Shown: positions 31,592-42,036 of the stretch, in pieces | How the letters are laid out: each line of letters begins with the position of its first letter | Position numbering within the stretch: the stretch's first letter is position 1 | DNA from: Candidatus Eiseniibacteriota bacterium | GTDB taxonomy: Bacteria; Eisenbacteria; RBG-16-71-46; JABDJR01 | Length of the DNA stretch: 64,000 nucleotides | Direction of reading: 5' to 3' | NCBI GenBank assembly: GCA_963783375.1 | Contig: CAWANH010000028.1 | Span: 32,001-96,000 of the forward strand | Program-made: the position numbers and the translations under genes | Notes under the pieces: model-generated | The model's database searches: none | What the model saw: the letters and a program-made list of their open reading frames with translations, nothing else | What the model was told of the DNA's origin: nothing

Positions 31592-33879
31592 AGGATCGGC
31601 CGAACCTGGTGGTGGGCGAGACCCACCTGAGCCGGGACCTCAAAGAGTTCGACATCACCATGATCGGGGTGGGGGCGATGATCGGGGCGGGGATCTTCGT
31701 CCTGACCGGCTCGGCGGCGGGAACCGCGGGACCCGCCCTCCTGCTCGCCTTCGCCCTGAACGCGGTGGTCACGATCTTCACCGCCATGGTCTACGCGGAG
31801 TTGGGATCGGCCATCCCCGAGGCCGGCGGCGGCTACCTCTGGATCAAGGACTCCATGGGCAACTCCCAGGGGTTTCTGGCCGGCTGGATGTCCTGGTTCT
31901 CCCACGCGGTGGCCGGGGCCCTCTACGCCCTGGGCTTCGGCTCCTACTTCGCGCTCCTCCTCAAGGACCTGCACCTGACTTCGGCGGGGATCCCCCATCT
32001 CCTGATCGAGAAGGGTCTGGCGATCCTGGTCGTGGTGCTGTTCGTGGGCATCAATTTCCGGGGCACCTCCGAGACCGGGAAGGCGGGAAACATCGTCACC
32101 CTGGCCAAGCTCGGGGTCATCGGCCTCTTCGTCGCCGCCGGTCTCTGGGCCATGGCGACCCACCGGCACCTCGCCCATCACTTCGAGCCGTTCTTCCCCA
32201 AGGGGACGGGCTCGATCTTCCTGGCCATGGGATTCACCTACATCGCCTTCGAGGGCTACGAGATCATCGTCCAGGCCGGGGAGGAGGTGGAGAACCCGCG
32301 CCGGAGCATTCCCCGCGCCGTTTTCTGGTCGCTCATCATCGTGGCTCCGATCTACGTCCTGGTCGGGCTCACCGCGCTGGGGGCGATCCAGAGCACCATG
32401 CCGAGCTGGCAGTTCCTGGGCAAGTACAAGGAGCTGGGGCTGGTCGAGGCGGCCCGGCAGTTCATGCCCTTCGGCACCTACGTGCTCCTCGTCGGCGGCC
32501 TCCTCTCCACCGTCTCCGCGCTGAACGCCACCACCTATTCCTCGACACGGGTGGCGTTCGCCATGGGGCGGGACAAGGTGCTCCCCGCCTTCTTCGCCAA
32601 GGTCCATTCCCGGAACAAGACCCCCTACCTCGCGCTTCTGGTGACCTCGGTGATCATGCTCCTCATGGTCCTCCTCGTCCCCATCGACGACGTGGCCACC
32701 GCCGCCGACGTGATGTTCCTCCTCCTGTTCATCCAGGTGAACTACGCGGTGATCCGCATTCGCCGCGAGTTCGGGGACCGGCTGGAGTACGGCTACCTGG
32801 TGCCGTTCTACCCCTGGGTGCCGATCCTGGGCATGGGCTTCCAGGCGTTTCTCGCGGTGTATCTCTTCCGCTTCAGCCCCAAGGCGTGGTTTCTGGCCGC
32901 GGGCTGGATCGTGGCCGGGCTGGGGGTCTTCTTCGCCTACGTCCGGGGCCGCGTCGAGGAGGAGGACCGCCCCCGCATCGCCCGGAAGCGGGTGCATCGC
33001 GCCCCCGGGCTCTCCAAGCGGGAGCGGATCCTGGTGGCCATCGACGATCCCGAGCGTTCCCGGATCCAGATCAGGTTGGCCGCCGCCCTGGCCCGGGCCG
33101 AGGACGCGGAGGTGATGGCGGTGAACGTGGTGCAGGTTCCGCGGCAGACCCCGCTCCGGTCGGGGAAGCGGCTTCCCGTGGAGTCCGAGACGATGCTCGA
33201 CGCCCTGGAGGACGTGGCCGAGAGCGAGAGCATCACGGTTCGCGCCTACGTGGCGGTGGGGCGTTCGGTCTCCGGGGTGCTCCGAGAGGCGGTGGAGGCC
33301 ACCGGGGCCCGGGCCCTCATCCTGGGGTGGCACGGGCAGGTCTACGAGCGGCGGATCAAGGGGAGCATCGCCGACGCCGTGCTTCGCGACTCGCCGGGAG
33401 ACGTCCTGATCGTGAAGGATCGCGGCCTCCCCGACCGGGTCGGACGGGTCACCCTGGCCATCGCCCCGGGGGCGCAGGAGAAGATCGCGCTGGCCACCGC
33501 CGCGTCCCTGGCCCGGGGACTTCGGAGCACGCTTCGTATCGTCTCCTTCCGCGGGGAGAACCCGCCGGAGAACCTGGAGGACTGGTTCGCGGGGATGCAG
33601 GGGCAGGCCCGGGAAGCGGGGATCGCCGCCGGGAATCTCGACGCCGAGATCCGGGGGTCCGAGAGCTTCATCGACGACCTGGTGGACGAGGCCGACGCCT
33701 CGGACGTGTTCGTGATGGGGGCGGCCCAGGACTGGGTGAGCCCCCGGCACCTCCTGGGGAAGATCCCCGACACCGTGGCCAACCGGTCGGAGAAGACGGT
33801 GGTGGTGGTGAAGCAGGAGGAGGCGCGGGTGATCTCGCTCACCCGGCGGGTCCTGCACCTCGTCCGCCGAAGGTACTGA
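31588..33879 (+). CDS. APC amino acid permease with C-terminal universal stress protein (USP) domains
   Basis: IGVGAMIGAGIF, YIAFEGYE, then RILVAID, LILGWHG...SIADAVLRDSPGDV and a second USP-like domain. Confidence 0.92.
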   Translation: MKDRPNLVVGETHLSRDLKEFDITMIGVGAMIGAGIFVLTGSAAGTAGPALLLAFALNAVVTIFTAMVYAELGSAIPEAGGGYLWIKDSMGNSQGFLAGWMSWFSHAVAGALYALGFGSYFALLLKDLHLTSAGIPHLLIEKGLAILVVVLFVGINFRGTSETGKAGNIVTLAKLGVIGLFVAAGLWAMATHRHLAHHFEPFFPKGTGSIFLAMGFTYIAFEGYEIIVQAGEEVENPRRSIPRAVFWSLIIVAPIYVLVGLTALGAIQSTMPSWQFLGKYKELGLVEAARQFMPFGTYVLLVGGLLSTVSALNATTYSSTRVAFAMGRDKVLPAFFAKVHSRNKTPYLALLVTSVIMLLMVLLVPIDDVATAADVMFLLLFIQVNYAVIRIRREFGDRLEYGYLVPFYPWVPILGMGFQAFLAVYLFRFSPKAWFLAAGWIVAGLGVFFAYVRGRVEEEDRPRIARKRVHRAPGLSKRERILVAIDDPERSRIQIRLAAALARAEDAEVMAVNVVQVPRQTPLRSGKRLPVESETMLDALEDVAESESITVRAYVAVGRSVSGVLREAVEATGARALILGWHGQVYERRIKGSIADAVLRDSPGDVLIVKDRGLPDRVGRVTLAIAPGAQEKIALATAASLARGLRSTLRIVSFRGENPPENLEDWFAGMQGQAREAGIAAGNLDAEIRGSESFIDDLVDEADASDVFVMGAAQDWVSPRHLLGKIPDTVANRSEKTVVVVKQEEARVISLTRRVLHLVRRRY

Positions 33880-33888
33880 CCGGTCCGC

Positions 33889-34434
33889 CTACCGGAGAAG
33901 CCCTTCTTTCCGGAAGTAGTCGGCGATCCGCGGATCGTCGAGGGGATCCACGGTCCCCGGGCCCGCCGGCGATCCAGGCGGATAGGCGGGAATGAAGAAC
34001 AACCGGTTGTGCTCGCGATCCAATGGGAAGAGCACGTCCAGCACCACGACGCCGGTGATCCCCAGGGACGAGGCCATCGACCAGAAGCGTCCGCGATAGA
34101 TCTCCTCGCCCCCGATCCGGAACGAGAACTCCTTCTGGTACAGACCGCCCAGCTTGGGGATCGGGGGATCGAAGGACCGGTCGAAGTGGATGGTCGAGTT
34201 CCAGCGCCGGATGCCCTCGTCGTTCAGGACGAGCGAGTGGCGGTCGGCGTCGTAGCCCGCCAGGTCCCGATCGGAGAGGACGATGTCGCCGGTGTCCATC
34301 CGGACCAGGGCGAATCCCTCGCCGGGCCCGGGGGCCGGCCCCGAATCGCATCCGAGGGGCGCGGCGGCGAGGAGCGCGGTCGCGAACGCGGCGGCCAGAC
34401 CGGGGAAGCCGCGGAGCCGGTTCCTGCCGTTCAT
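33889..34434 (-). CDS. hypothetical lipoprotein
   Basis: Signal peptide ending LAAAPLGC; DPLDDPRI C-terminus; RBS GGAGA. Confidence 0.65.
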   Translation of the reverse strand: MNGRNRLRGFPGLAAAFATALLAAAPLGCDSGPAPGPGEGFALVRMDTGDIVLSDRDLAGYDADRHSLVLNDEGIRRWNSTIHFDRSFDPPIPKLGGLYQKEFSFRIGGEEIYRGRFWSMASSLGITGVVVLDVLFPLDREHNRLFFIPAYPPGSPAGPGTVDPLDDPRIADYFRKEGLLR

Positions 34435-34450
34435 GGTTAATCTCCCAAGG

Positions 34451-35251
34451 CTACAGCGCCCAGCGCACCAGTATCCCCGAGAGCGCGGCCACCAGCATGC
34501 TGGCCAGGGTGCCGATCAGGTAGTACTCGGCGAAGCGGCGGCGCTCGAGATCCTTGAACCGGGCGATGGACTTGGCCGCGATCACCAGGCCCAGGGCCCC
34601 CCACTGCCCGATGAGAACCAGGGTCAGGGCCAGGAGGCGCTCCAGGATCCCGATCATCCGGCCCATGGCCAGGGGGCGAAACCCGCGCGGACCCGCCGGC
34701 TCCCGGTCCAGCTCCCGCGGCACCCCTTCGAGGTGATAGCGGCGGAGGAGCCCGCCCACCAGCGCCGCCCCGCCGTTGCCGTTGAACGCGTAGGCGGCGG
34801 CGAGGGCGGCCAGGGTGGTGACGGTGGGGACCGACGCCGGGGGCAGGAAGAAGAAGGTGCGGGTGGCCGGCGCCGAGGCCTCGATGGCCGCGCACCACGC
34901 CCACCAGGCCCCGAAGAGGACGGCGGTGTGCAGGGCCTGGTCCACCAGAAAATGGGCCAGGGCCCGGGGCCGACGGCGCTCCAGGATGATCTTCAGGTGG
35001 TCGATCAGGCCGTGGCAGACGCCGATTCCCAGCACCATGAGGACACCGAAATAGGAGAGCACCGGGAGAAGCACCGCGCCCTGAACCAGGGTCAGCATGA
35101 GCACGTGCACCCACACCCAGGCCTGGTGCTCCCGTTTCCGCCGGACCATGGCCCCGGTCTGGAACAGGAAATCACCGAGCACGTGTCCGGTGAGGAGCAG
35201 GGCGAGCAGGAGCCCGCGGGCCCCCATGGCGTGGAGCAATCCGTCGTTCAT
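34451..35251 (-). CDS. DUF3307 membrane protein (SatE-like)
   Basis: GHVLGDFLFQT, HGLIDHLK, DQALH, GRMIGILER, IAAKSIARF, AEYYLIGTLAS. Confidence 0.88.
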   Translation of the reverse strand: MNDGLLHAMGARGLLLALLLTGHVLGDFLFQTGAMVRRKREHQAWVWVHVLMLTLVQGAVLLPVLSYFGVLMVLGIGVCHGLIDHLKIILERRRPRALAHFLVDQALHTAVLFGAWWAWCAAIEASAPATRTFFFLPPASVPTVTTLAALAAAYAFNGNGGAALVGGLLRRYHLEGVPRELDREPAGPRGFRPLAMGRMIGILERLLALTLVLIGQWGALGLVIAAKSIARFKDLERRRFAEYYLIGTLASMLVAALSGILVRWAL

Positions 35252-35941
35252 GATTCCTCGTTGCGGGCGGGGGCGGGACGCGACCCGATCCCGGCCAGAA
35301 ATGCGGCCAGAGCCTGCTCGCCCTCGCGCACCGCGTCGAAGGCGGCCGCCTTGAGGCTCTCGCTCACCACCGAGGGGCTCACCCCGAAGGCCGCGGCCAC
35401 CTCCTTCTGGAGCCGGGTCCGCGCGGCGGCGGCGTAGCCGGCCTGCTTTTCGGTCCACCGGGAGCGGAGAACCCCCAGAAGCCGGAAGAGGGCGGAGAGC
35501 ATCCGGTCCTCGGTTTCGCCGAACCCCCGGGCGACCGCCCAGACATCCCCGCGGGCGGCTTCGGCGAGGGCGGCGCGGGCGCGGTGGAAGGAAACCCCAT
35601 CCATCTCCGCCACCCGCTCCGAGGCCTCGGTGCTCAGTCCCCCCCAGCCCACACCGAACCGGATCCGGGCGGGGCGAAGCCCCTCATCGAGCAACGCCGT
35701 GGCCTCCACCACCGACTTCGGGCCGCCGGAAGAGCCCCTGGAGCTCGTCCCCCGCGGTCAGGGCCAGGGGGGCGACCAGGATCCCGGGACCCAAGGTCCG
35801 GTTGAGCTCGCCCAGAAGTCCCTTCAGCCGGCGCTGGAATCCGGCCCGATCCTCCAGCGCCCTCGAGGCCACGATGTCCCCGATCAGGGCCACGCCCCGG
35901 AAACCGGACCTGGATTCACCTATTTCGCCGAACTTGATCAT
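35248..35941 (-). CDS. SatD family protein; +1 frameshift near 35715-35725
   Basis: ALIGDIVASR...LTAGDELQG (ORF 35684..35941) continues as IRFGVGWG...MDGVSFHRAR and a C-terminal HTH QKEVAAAFGVSPSVVS (ORF 35248..35712). Confidence 0.82.
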
Positions 35942-36077
35942 GATTCGGTAAATTACCCTGTTTCAAGTGGCGTGGCAAGGCCCTTTCTCGGGGGGGTCTA
36001 TTTGCCAGTCACGGGCCGGCTCGGCACAATGGAAGTTCGCGATGGACCGGTTCGAGACCTTCATCGGTAGGACAGAC

Positions 36078-37220
36078 ATGAACGCATTGTGGGAAAGCTG
36101 GCGGCCCCTTCTCACCGCTCTCGCCATTCTGATCACCGCGGGGATCGTGGGGCTGGTGGCCGACGTCGTCTTCTGGAAAATCGTGGCGCCGCTGGCCCGC
36201 CGCACCCGGTTCTCCTTCGACGACGCGCTGGTCCACCACGGCCGGAAGCCCACCCGGGTCATCATCCCGCTCCTGGCCATGCACGCGGTGCGCGCCGTCG
36301 CCGTCGAGCGGCTGGGACCGGGCGCCGCCTCGTTCGTGACCGGACTCCTCACCGTGGGGTTCATCGTGGCCATGGCCTGGCTCCTGATGGCCCTGGTCTC
36401 GGTGATCGAGGACGTGCTCCTGAGCGAGCACCAGCTGGACGTGGCCGACAACCTCACCGCGCGGAAGCTCTACACCCAGGTCGGGGTGTTGAAGCGGATC
36501 CTGAACGTGATCATCGTGATCCTGGCCGCGGCCACCATCCTCATGAGCTTCGACCGGTTCCGCCAGATCGGGACCGGGATCCTGGCCTCGGCGGGCCTGG
36601 CCGGGATCGTCATCGGCTTCGCGGCCCAGAAAACCCTGGGGAACCTGGTGGCCGGCTTCCAGATCGCCATCAGCCAACCGATCCGGATCGACGACGTGCT
36701 GATCGTGGAGGGGGAGTGGGGACGGGTGGAGGAGATCACCCTCACCTACGTGGTGCTTCGGATCTGGGATCTCCGCCGGCTGATCATTCCGGTGAGCTAC
36801 TTCCTCGACAAGCCGTTTCAGAACTGGACGCGGGTCTCCGCCGATCTTCTGGGCACGGTGTACCTGTACATGGACTACTCGATCCCGGTGGACGAGATCC
36901 GGAGCGCTCTCCACGAGGTGTTGGAAGGGTCCGACGACTGGGACCGGAAGGCCGAGGGCGTCCAGGTGACCGACGCCACCGACCGGGTGATGGCGGTGCG
37001 GGCGCTCATGAGCGCCGCCGACGCCTCGAAGCTCTGGAACCTGCGTTGCCTGGTGCGGGAGAAGCTCATCGAGTACATCCAGAGCCGCCATCCCGAAAGC
37101 CTCCCCCGCTTCCGGGCCGAACTGGACCGGCTTCCCGCTTCCGACGTCCCCGGGGACGGGCGGATCGGATCCGGGCCGGGCACGCCGGAGCCCGACCCGT
37201 CCCGCGCCGGATCCCGGTAA
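36078..37220 (+). CDS. small-conductance mechanosensitive channel (MscS family)
   Basis: GLAGIVIGFAAQKTLGNLVAG, QPIRIDD, GRVEEITLTY, FQNWT. Confidence 0.93.
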   Translation: MNALWESWRPLLTALAILITAGIVGLVADVVFWKIVAPLARRTRFSFDDALVHHGRKPTRVIIPLLAMHAVRAVAVERLGPGAASFVTGLLTVGFIVAMAWLLMALVSVIEDVLLSEHQLDVADNLTARKLYTQVGVLKRILNVIIVILAAATILMSFDRFRQIGTGILASAGLAGIVIGFAAQKTLGNLVAGFQIAISQPIRIDDVLIVEGEWGRVEEITLTYVVLRIWDLRRLIIPVSYFLDKPFQNWTRVSADLLGTVYLYMDYSIPVDEIRSALHEVLEGSDDWDRKAEGVQVTDATDRVMAVRALMSAADASKLWNLRCLVREKLIEYIQSRHPESLPRFRAELDRLPASDVPGDGRIGSGPGTPEPDPSRAGSR

Positions 37221-37326
37221 CGCGGGACCCGCCGGCGGGCTCCATCCTTCACGGCCAACCCCTTCGGAGTTAGAGTCACCCGTCGTGTTGTGAGCGGATT
37301 CCTGGCCATGGGAGGAGGAAGGTGCT

Positions 37327-40300
37327 TTGACGATCGACCCCGCGAACGGGCAGCGGGACGATGAAGCGCAGGGATCCGGTCTCGCCGTGACCGGAGATCC
37401 TCCCTCGCGCGGGCACCGGCGCGGCCGTCGCAGGTGGCGGCGATTGGGGTGCCTGACGCTGCTCCTCGTGGTCCTGGTCGCCGCGATCGCGCTCGAGTCC
37501 CGCACCTCCGCCGTCCAATCCCGGGTCTTCACCCGCATCGACCGGAGCCTCGGATTCCGCATGGAACCCGGAGCGAGCGATTCGGTCTGGTTCCCGAGCG
37601 AGGGCCCCTACGACCAGCGACGGGGCTACACCCTGCTCCCCGAGGTCACCCGCACCCTCCTGAACGGGAGCTACCGGGTGGAGGCCCAGGCCCGCCTCTC
37701 CCCCGCCATGACCCGCCTCACCCACCTGGGCATCTACCCGATCTACCGCGAAGGAACCCAGGCCGGCCTCTTCCTCGAGGACCGGGACGGCGGGACGCTC
37801 TATCGGGCGACCTATCCCCAGAGGGTCTACGCCGATTTCGATTCGATCCCCGCCCTGGTGGTGAGCACCCTCCTCTACATCGAGAACCGGGAGCTGTTGG
37901 ATCCGAAGCACGCGACCAGGAACCCCGCGGTGGAATGGGACCGGCTGGCCAAGGCGGTGGTCGATCTGGGAATCGGGGAGGTGCGGAAGGACCAGGGCCA
38001 CCCGGGGGGAAGCACCCTGGCCACCCAGCTCGAGAAGTACCGCCACTCGCCGGAGGGACGGACCGGTTCCCCCAAGGAGAAGCTCCGGCAGATGATCGCG
38101 GCGAGCCTCCGGGCCTACCTCGGGGGGCGGAACACCATCCCCGCGCGAGAGAGGATCGTGAAGGACTACGTGAACTCGGTGCCCCTGGCCGCGGCGGTGG
38201 GGTTCGGCGAGGTGAACGGCCTGGGGGACGGGCTCTGGGCGTGGTACGACACCGAGTTCGCCGACGTGAACCGGATCCTCGGGTCCGGGGCGGATTCGGA
38301 TCCGGCGAAGGCGGAGGCCTACAAGAAGGTGCTGAGCCTCTTCATCGCGCACCGCCGGCCGAGCGTGTACCTGGCCCGGAACCGGAAGTCGCTCCGGACC
38401 GACACCGACAGCTACCTGCGTCTCCTGGCCCGGGCGGGAGTGATCTCCCCTGCGCTTCGGGACGCCGCCCTCCCCCTGCCGTTGGTCTTCCGCCGGACCC
38501 CCGCCGAATCCGTACGGCCGAGCTACATCGATCAGAAGGCGGCCAACGCGGTCCGGACCCGGCTCCTGAACCTCCTCGGACTGCACCAGCTCTACGTGCT
38601 GGACCGGATCGACCTGAGCGCGGGCACCACCCTGGACGGACCGGTGGAGCGCCGGATCACCCATACCCTGGAACGGCTCGAGGATCCGGCCTTCACCGAT
38701 TCCCTGGGACTCCGGGGCTACCGGCTCCTGGAGCGGGGGGACCCCTCGGGGGTGATCTACAGCTTCACCTTGTACGAGAGCACCCCGCGGGGAAACCTGC
38801 TCCGCGTCCAGGCCGACAACTACAACCAACCCCTCGACATCAACGAGGGGGGGCGCCTCGATCTGGGTTCGACCGCCAAGCTCCGCACCCTGGTCACCTA
38901 TCTGCAGATCGTGGCCGGGCTTCACGATCGCTACGCCGGCCAAGCCCGCCCGGACCTGGCGAAAGCGCGCGCCGAGGCCTCGGACCCGATCAGCCGGTGG
39001 GCGCTCGATTGGCTGAGCGCCGCTCCCGACACCACACTGGCCCCGATGCTCCGGGCCGCGCTCGGACGGAGCTACTCCGCCAACCCGTCGGAGAAGTTCT
39101 TCACCGGCGGCGGCCTTCACACCTTCAAGAACTTCAACGCCGACGACAACGGACGGGTGCTCACGGTGCAGGAGGGGCTCAGGAACTCGGTGAACCTGGT
39201 GTTCATCCGGCTGATGCGGGACGTGGCGCGCTACTACGCCACCAAGGTGCCGGGGTACGACTCGAAGCTCCTGGTGGAGATCGACCATCCGGGACGGAAG
39301 GAGCTTCTGGCCCGCTTCGCCGACCGGGAGGGAAAGGATTTCCTGCGCCAGTTCTGGCGGAAGTACCACGGGAAGGGACCGGGCGAGGCGACGGGGATCC
39401 TGGCCCGGGGGGTTCGCCCCACCCCGAGGAAACTCGCCGCGCTCTACCGGACGGTGCATCCCACCGCGCCGGCGGATTCCCTGGGGGCATTTCTCCGGAA
39501 GTGGATCCCATCGCGGCTGATCGGGGACCGCGACGTGGCGCGCCTGTACGAGGACTACGCGCCGGGGAAGTACAACCTCCAGGATCTGGGGGTGATCGTG
39601 GGGGTGCACCCTCTGGAGCTCTGGCTGGTGGGCCATCTCCAGGACCATCCGGCGCCGACCTGGGCAGAGACCTCCGACGCGGCGGCCGGAGCCCGCCAGG
39701 AATCCTATCGGTGGCTCTTCTCCACCCGGAGCCTGGAGAAGCAGAACACGCGCATCCGTATCCTCCTGGAGATCGACGCCTTCCAGCTCATCCAGCGGGA
39801 GTGGCGGAAGCTGGGCTATCCCTTCGAGAACCTGACCCCGTCCTACGCCACCGCCATCGGCAGCTCGGGGGACCGGCCGGCCGCCCTGGCCGAGCTGGTG
39901 GGGATCCTGGTGAACGGCGGGGTACGGATGCCCCAGCAGCGCCTGGAGCACCTGCACTTCGCGGCGGGCACGCCGTTCGAGACGGTGTTCGACTACGGCG
40001 CGTCGACCGGAGAGCGGGTCATGGACCCCGAGGTCGCCGCCGCGGTCCGGGGCGCCCTCCGGGACGTGGTCCAGAACGGCACCGCCCGCCGCGCCAACGG
40101 CGTGTTCCGGACCGCGGACGGGCAGTTGCTTCCGATCGGCGGGAAGACGGGGACCGGCGACCACCGGTTCGAGACGTTCGGCCGGGGCGGACAGCTCCTG
40201 GAGTCGCGGGTGGTGAACCGCACCGCCACCTTCGTGTTCTTCATCGGCGACCGGTTCTACGGATCCATCTCGGCGTTCGTCCCCGGCCCCGAGGCCGCGC

Positions 40301-40746
40301 GATACGCGTTCACCAGCGCCCTCCCGGTTCAGCTCCTGGCGGACCTGGCGCCGGACCTGATGCCGGCGCTCAGCCGGCCGGCCCCCGCCGGGCCGTGGCC
40401 GCCGGGGGGAGGAACGGCTTCCGGCAAGGCGAGTGCGGTTCATGGCGGTGCGTGGGTCGGGGGAAACTCATCCGGGGGCGCGTCTGCCGGAGCGCCCCCC
40501 GTTCACCCGGGTGCACTCGGTGAGCCTGAAGTTCACCCGGGTGCACCGGGTGAGCCTGAAGTTCACCCGGGTGAACCGGTCGCGGCCCCGATTTCCCCGG
40601 GGAAATCCTCCCCGCCGGCCGGCCCGGAGCCCCTGGACACGGCGCCGGACAGCGGCACGACTCAGGTATTGCAGGATTCGGAGGCCGTATTCGAGGCGGC
40701 GCCGGATACCGCTGCAGCGGACACGTCGGGGGCGCCGAGACGATGA
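37327..40746 (+). CDS. bifunctional transglycosylase/transpeptidase (class A penicillin-binding protein)
   Basis: N-terminal TM; GT51 motifs IENR and GGSTLATQLEK; transpeptidase STAK, SVN, KTGT; low-complexity C-terminal tail. Confidence 0.88.
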   Translation: MTIDPANGQRDDEAQGSGLAVTGDPPSRGHRRGRRRWRRLGCLTLLLVVLVAAIALESRTSAVQSRVFTRIDRSLGFRMEPGASDSVWFPSEGPYDQRRGYTLLPEVTRTLLNGSYRVEAQARLSPAMTRLTHLGIYPIYREGTQAGLFLEDRDGGTLYRATYPQRVYADFDSIPALVVSTLLYIENRELLDPKHATRNPAVEWDRLAKAVVDLGIGEVRKDQGHPGGSTLATQLEKYRHSPEGRTGSPKEKLRQMIAASLRAYLGGRNTIPARERIVKDYVNSVPLAAAVGFGEVNGLGDGLWAWYDTEFADVNRILGSGADSDPAKAEAYKKVLSLFIAHRRPSVYLARNRKSLRTDTDSYLRLLARAGVISPALRDAALPLPLVFRRTPAESVRPSYIDQKAANAVRTRLLNLLGLHQLYVLDRIDLSAGTTLDGPVERRITHTLERLEDPAFTDSLGLRGYRLLERGDPSGVIYSFTLYESTPRGNLLRVQADNYNQPLDINEGGRLDLGSTAKLRTLVTYLQIVAGLHDRYAGQARPDLAKARAEASDPISRWALDWLSAAPDTTLAPMLRAALGRSYSANPSEKFFTGGGLHTFKNFNADDNGRVLTVQEGLRNSVNLVFIRLMRDVARYYATKVPGYDSKLLVEIDHPGRKELLARFADREGKDFLRQFWRKYHGKGPGEATGILARGVRPTPRKLAALYRTVHPTAPADSLGAFLRKWIPSRLIGDRDVARLYEDYAPGKYNLQDLGVIVGVHPLELWLVGHLQDHPAPTWAETSDAAAGARQESYRWLFSTRSLEKQNTRIRILLEIDAFQLIQREWRKLGYPFENLTPSYATAIGSSGDRPAALAELVGILVNGGVRMPQQRLEHLHFAAGTPFETVFDYGASTGERVMDPEVAAAVRGALRDVVQNGTARRANGVFRTADGQLLPIGGKTGTGDHRFETFGRGGQLLESRVVNRTATFVFFIGDRFYGSISAFVPGPEAARYAFTSALPVQLLADLAPDLMPALSRPAPAGPWPPGGGTASGKASAVHGGAWVGGNSSGGASAGAPPVHPGALGEPEVHPGAPGEPEVHPGEPVAAPISPGKSSPPAGPEPLDTAPDSGTTQVLQDSEAVFEAAPDTAAADTSGAPRR
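40501..40576. repeat. 30-bp tandem repeat (2.5 copies) containing a 16-bp palindrome, inside the PBP tail
   Basis: GTTCACCCGGGTGCAC at 40501 and 40531; perfect palindrome GTTCACCCGGGTGAAC at 40561-40576. Confidence 0.9.
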
Positions 40747-40824
40747 CGTCGCCGTCTTTCTCCCTCGGGGCATCAGGGAAGGTTTCCTCACCGGTGGCGA
40801 GGGTGGGCCCGGCGCCCCCGCCGC

Positions 40825-42036
40825 TCATTCCCCGCCCGGCTCCCTCCGCCGCGTGATCACCACCGCGGTGGTGTCGTCCTCCCAGGGGCGGCCGCCGCCG
40901 AACCGCGCCGCCTCGGTGAAGAGCGCGTCGAGGATCTCCGCCGCGGGGCGGTCGCGAAGCCGGACCAGGATCGCCTCGACCCCCGGATCGCCGAACATCT
41001 CCTCCCGCGCGTTCTCCCGCTCCAGCAAACCGTCGGTGACGATGACCAGGGAATCGCCGGGATCCATGCGGGCCCAGCTCCGGCGGAAGTACTGGTCCCG
41101 GACCGGCCCCAGGATGGTGCCCCCGACCTCCAGGCGCCGCACTCCCCGGTCCCCGATCAGCCAGGGCGCGGGATGGCCGGCGTTCACGTAGACCAGGTCC
41201 CCGGTGGTTTCGAGATCGGCGTAGAAGAGGGAGACGAAACGGGACGACAACGCGCTTCGGCTGATCACCCGGTTCAGGCGCCGGATGATCTCCACGATCC
41301 GGAGGGCGCGCTCCGCCCCCATCCGGATCCCGGTCACCGTGTCCCGGGCCAGCAGCGCCGCGCCCAGCCCGTGGCCGCTGGCGTCGCCGACCGCCACCAC
41401 CAGGGTGTCGGCCTCGGAGGAAATGAAATCGTAGAAGTCGCCGCCCACCTGTTCGGCGGGGCGCGACCGCGCCGCGATGTCGAATCCCCGAAAAGGCGGG
41501 GGCGACTCGGGGAGGAGCGCCTGCTGGATCTCCGCGGCCTGGGCTATGTCCATCTGCAGGCCCTCGACCGTCAACTGGAGGTTGAGGGCGTTCCGGATGG
41601 TCTGGAGGGCGAAGTCGAGATCGTCCCGCTGCCATCCCGGCCGGAGGCCGAACGCAAGCACCCGCCGGGGGACGCTGTCCACGCTGAAGGCGGCGGATTC
41701 CGGGCCGCCGAGGCGTCCTTCCAGCTCCGGGGACTGACCTTCCACCGTCTGGTCGAAGATGAAGACCCGGTGCTCGAGGACCTTCCCGAGCGGGCCGTAT
41801 TCGGCGGGGAGGGTCAACCCCACCGAGTTCGGATCGCGGGACCCGATCCCGTGCACGAGCCGGAAGCCCCGATGGTCCTCCTCGTAGACGCGCCCGCTAT
41901 CGATCATGAGCTCGACGCCGAACCGGCTCACGATCTCGTCGACCAGCCACGGAAACCACTCCGGGTTGAGCGGCCCGCCGCGCCGCTCGTGGAGCAACAA
42001 TTCCAGCTCGCGATAAAAATGCTTCGGTTGAAACAC
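40825..42036 (-). CDS. PP2C/SpoIIE (RsbU-like) serine phosphatase with a GAF-like N-terminus
   Basis: AAEIQQALLP, VGGDFYDF, VGDASGHG, YVNAGHP, VTDGLLE, DDTT; RBS AGGAGA before GTG at 42036. Confidence 0.92.
   Translation of the reverse strand: MFQPKHFYRELELLLHERRGGPLNPEWFPWLVDEIVSRFGVELMIDSGRVYEEDHRGFRLVHGIGSRDPNSVGLTLPAEYGPLGKVLEHRVFIFDQTVEGQSPELEGRLGGPESAAFSVDSVPRRVLAFGLRPGWQRDDLDFALQTIRNALNLQLTVEGLQMDIAQAAEIQQALLPESPPPFRGFDIAARSRPAEQVGGDFYDFISSEADTLVVAVGDASGHGLGAALLARDTVTGIRMGAERALRIVEIIRRLNRVISRSALSSRFVSLFYADLETTGDLVYVNAGHPAPWLIGDRGVRRLEVGGTILGPVRDQYFRRSWARMDPGDSLVIVTDGLLERENAREEMFGDPGVEAILVRLRDRPAAEILDALFTEAARFGGGRPWEDDTTAVVITRRREPGGE

Noticed and set aside
37276-40523. Very long alternative-frame and antisense ORFs (e.g. 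37276..40443, 37434..40523, 24757..27378, 31222..33858, 20327..22810)
   Set aside because: These are shadow ORFs expected at high GC. They are Arg/Gly/Pro-rich, have no motifs and overlap well-supported genes.
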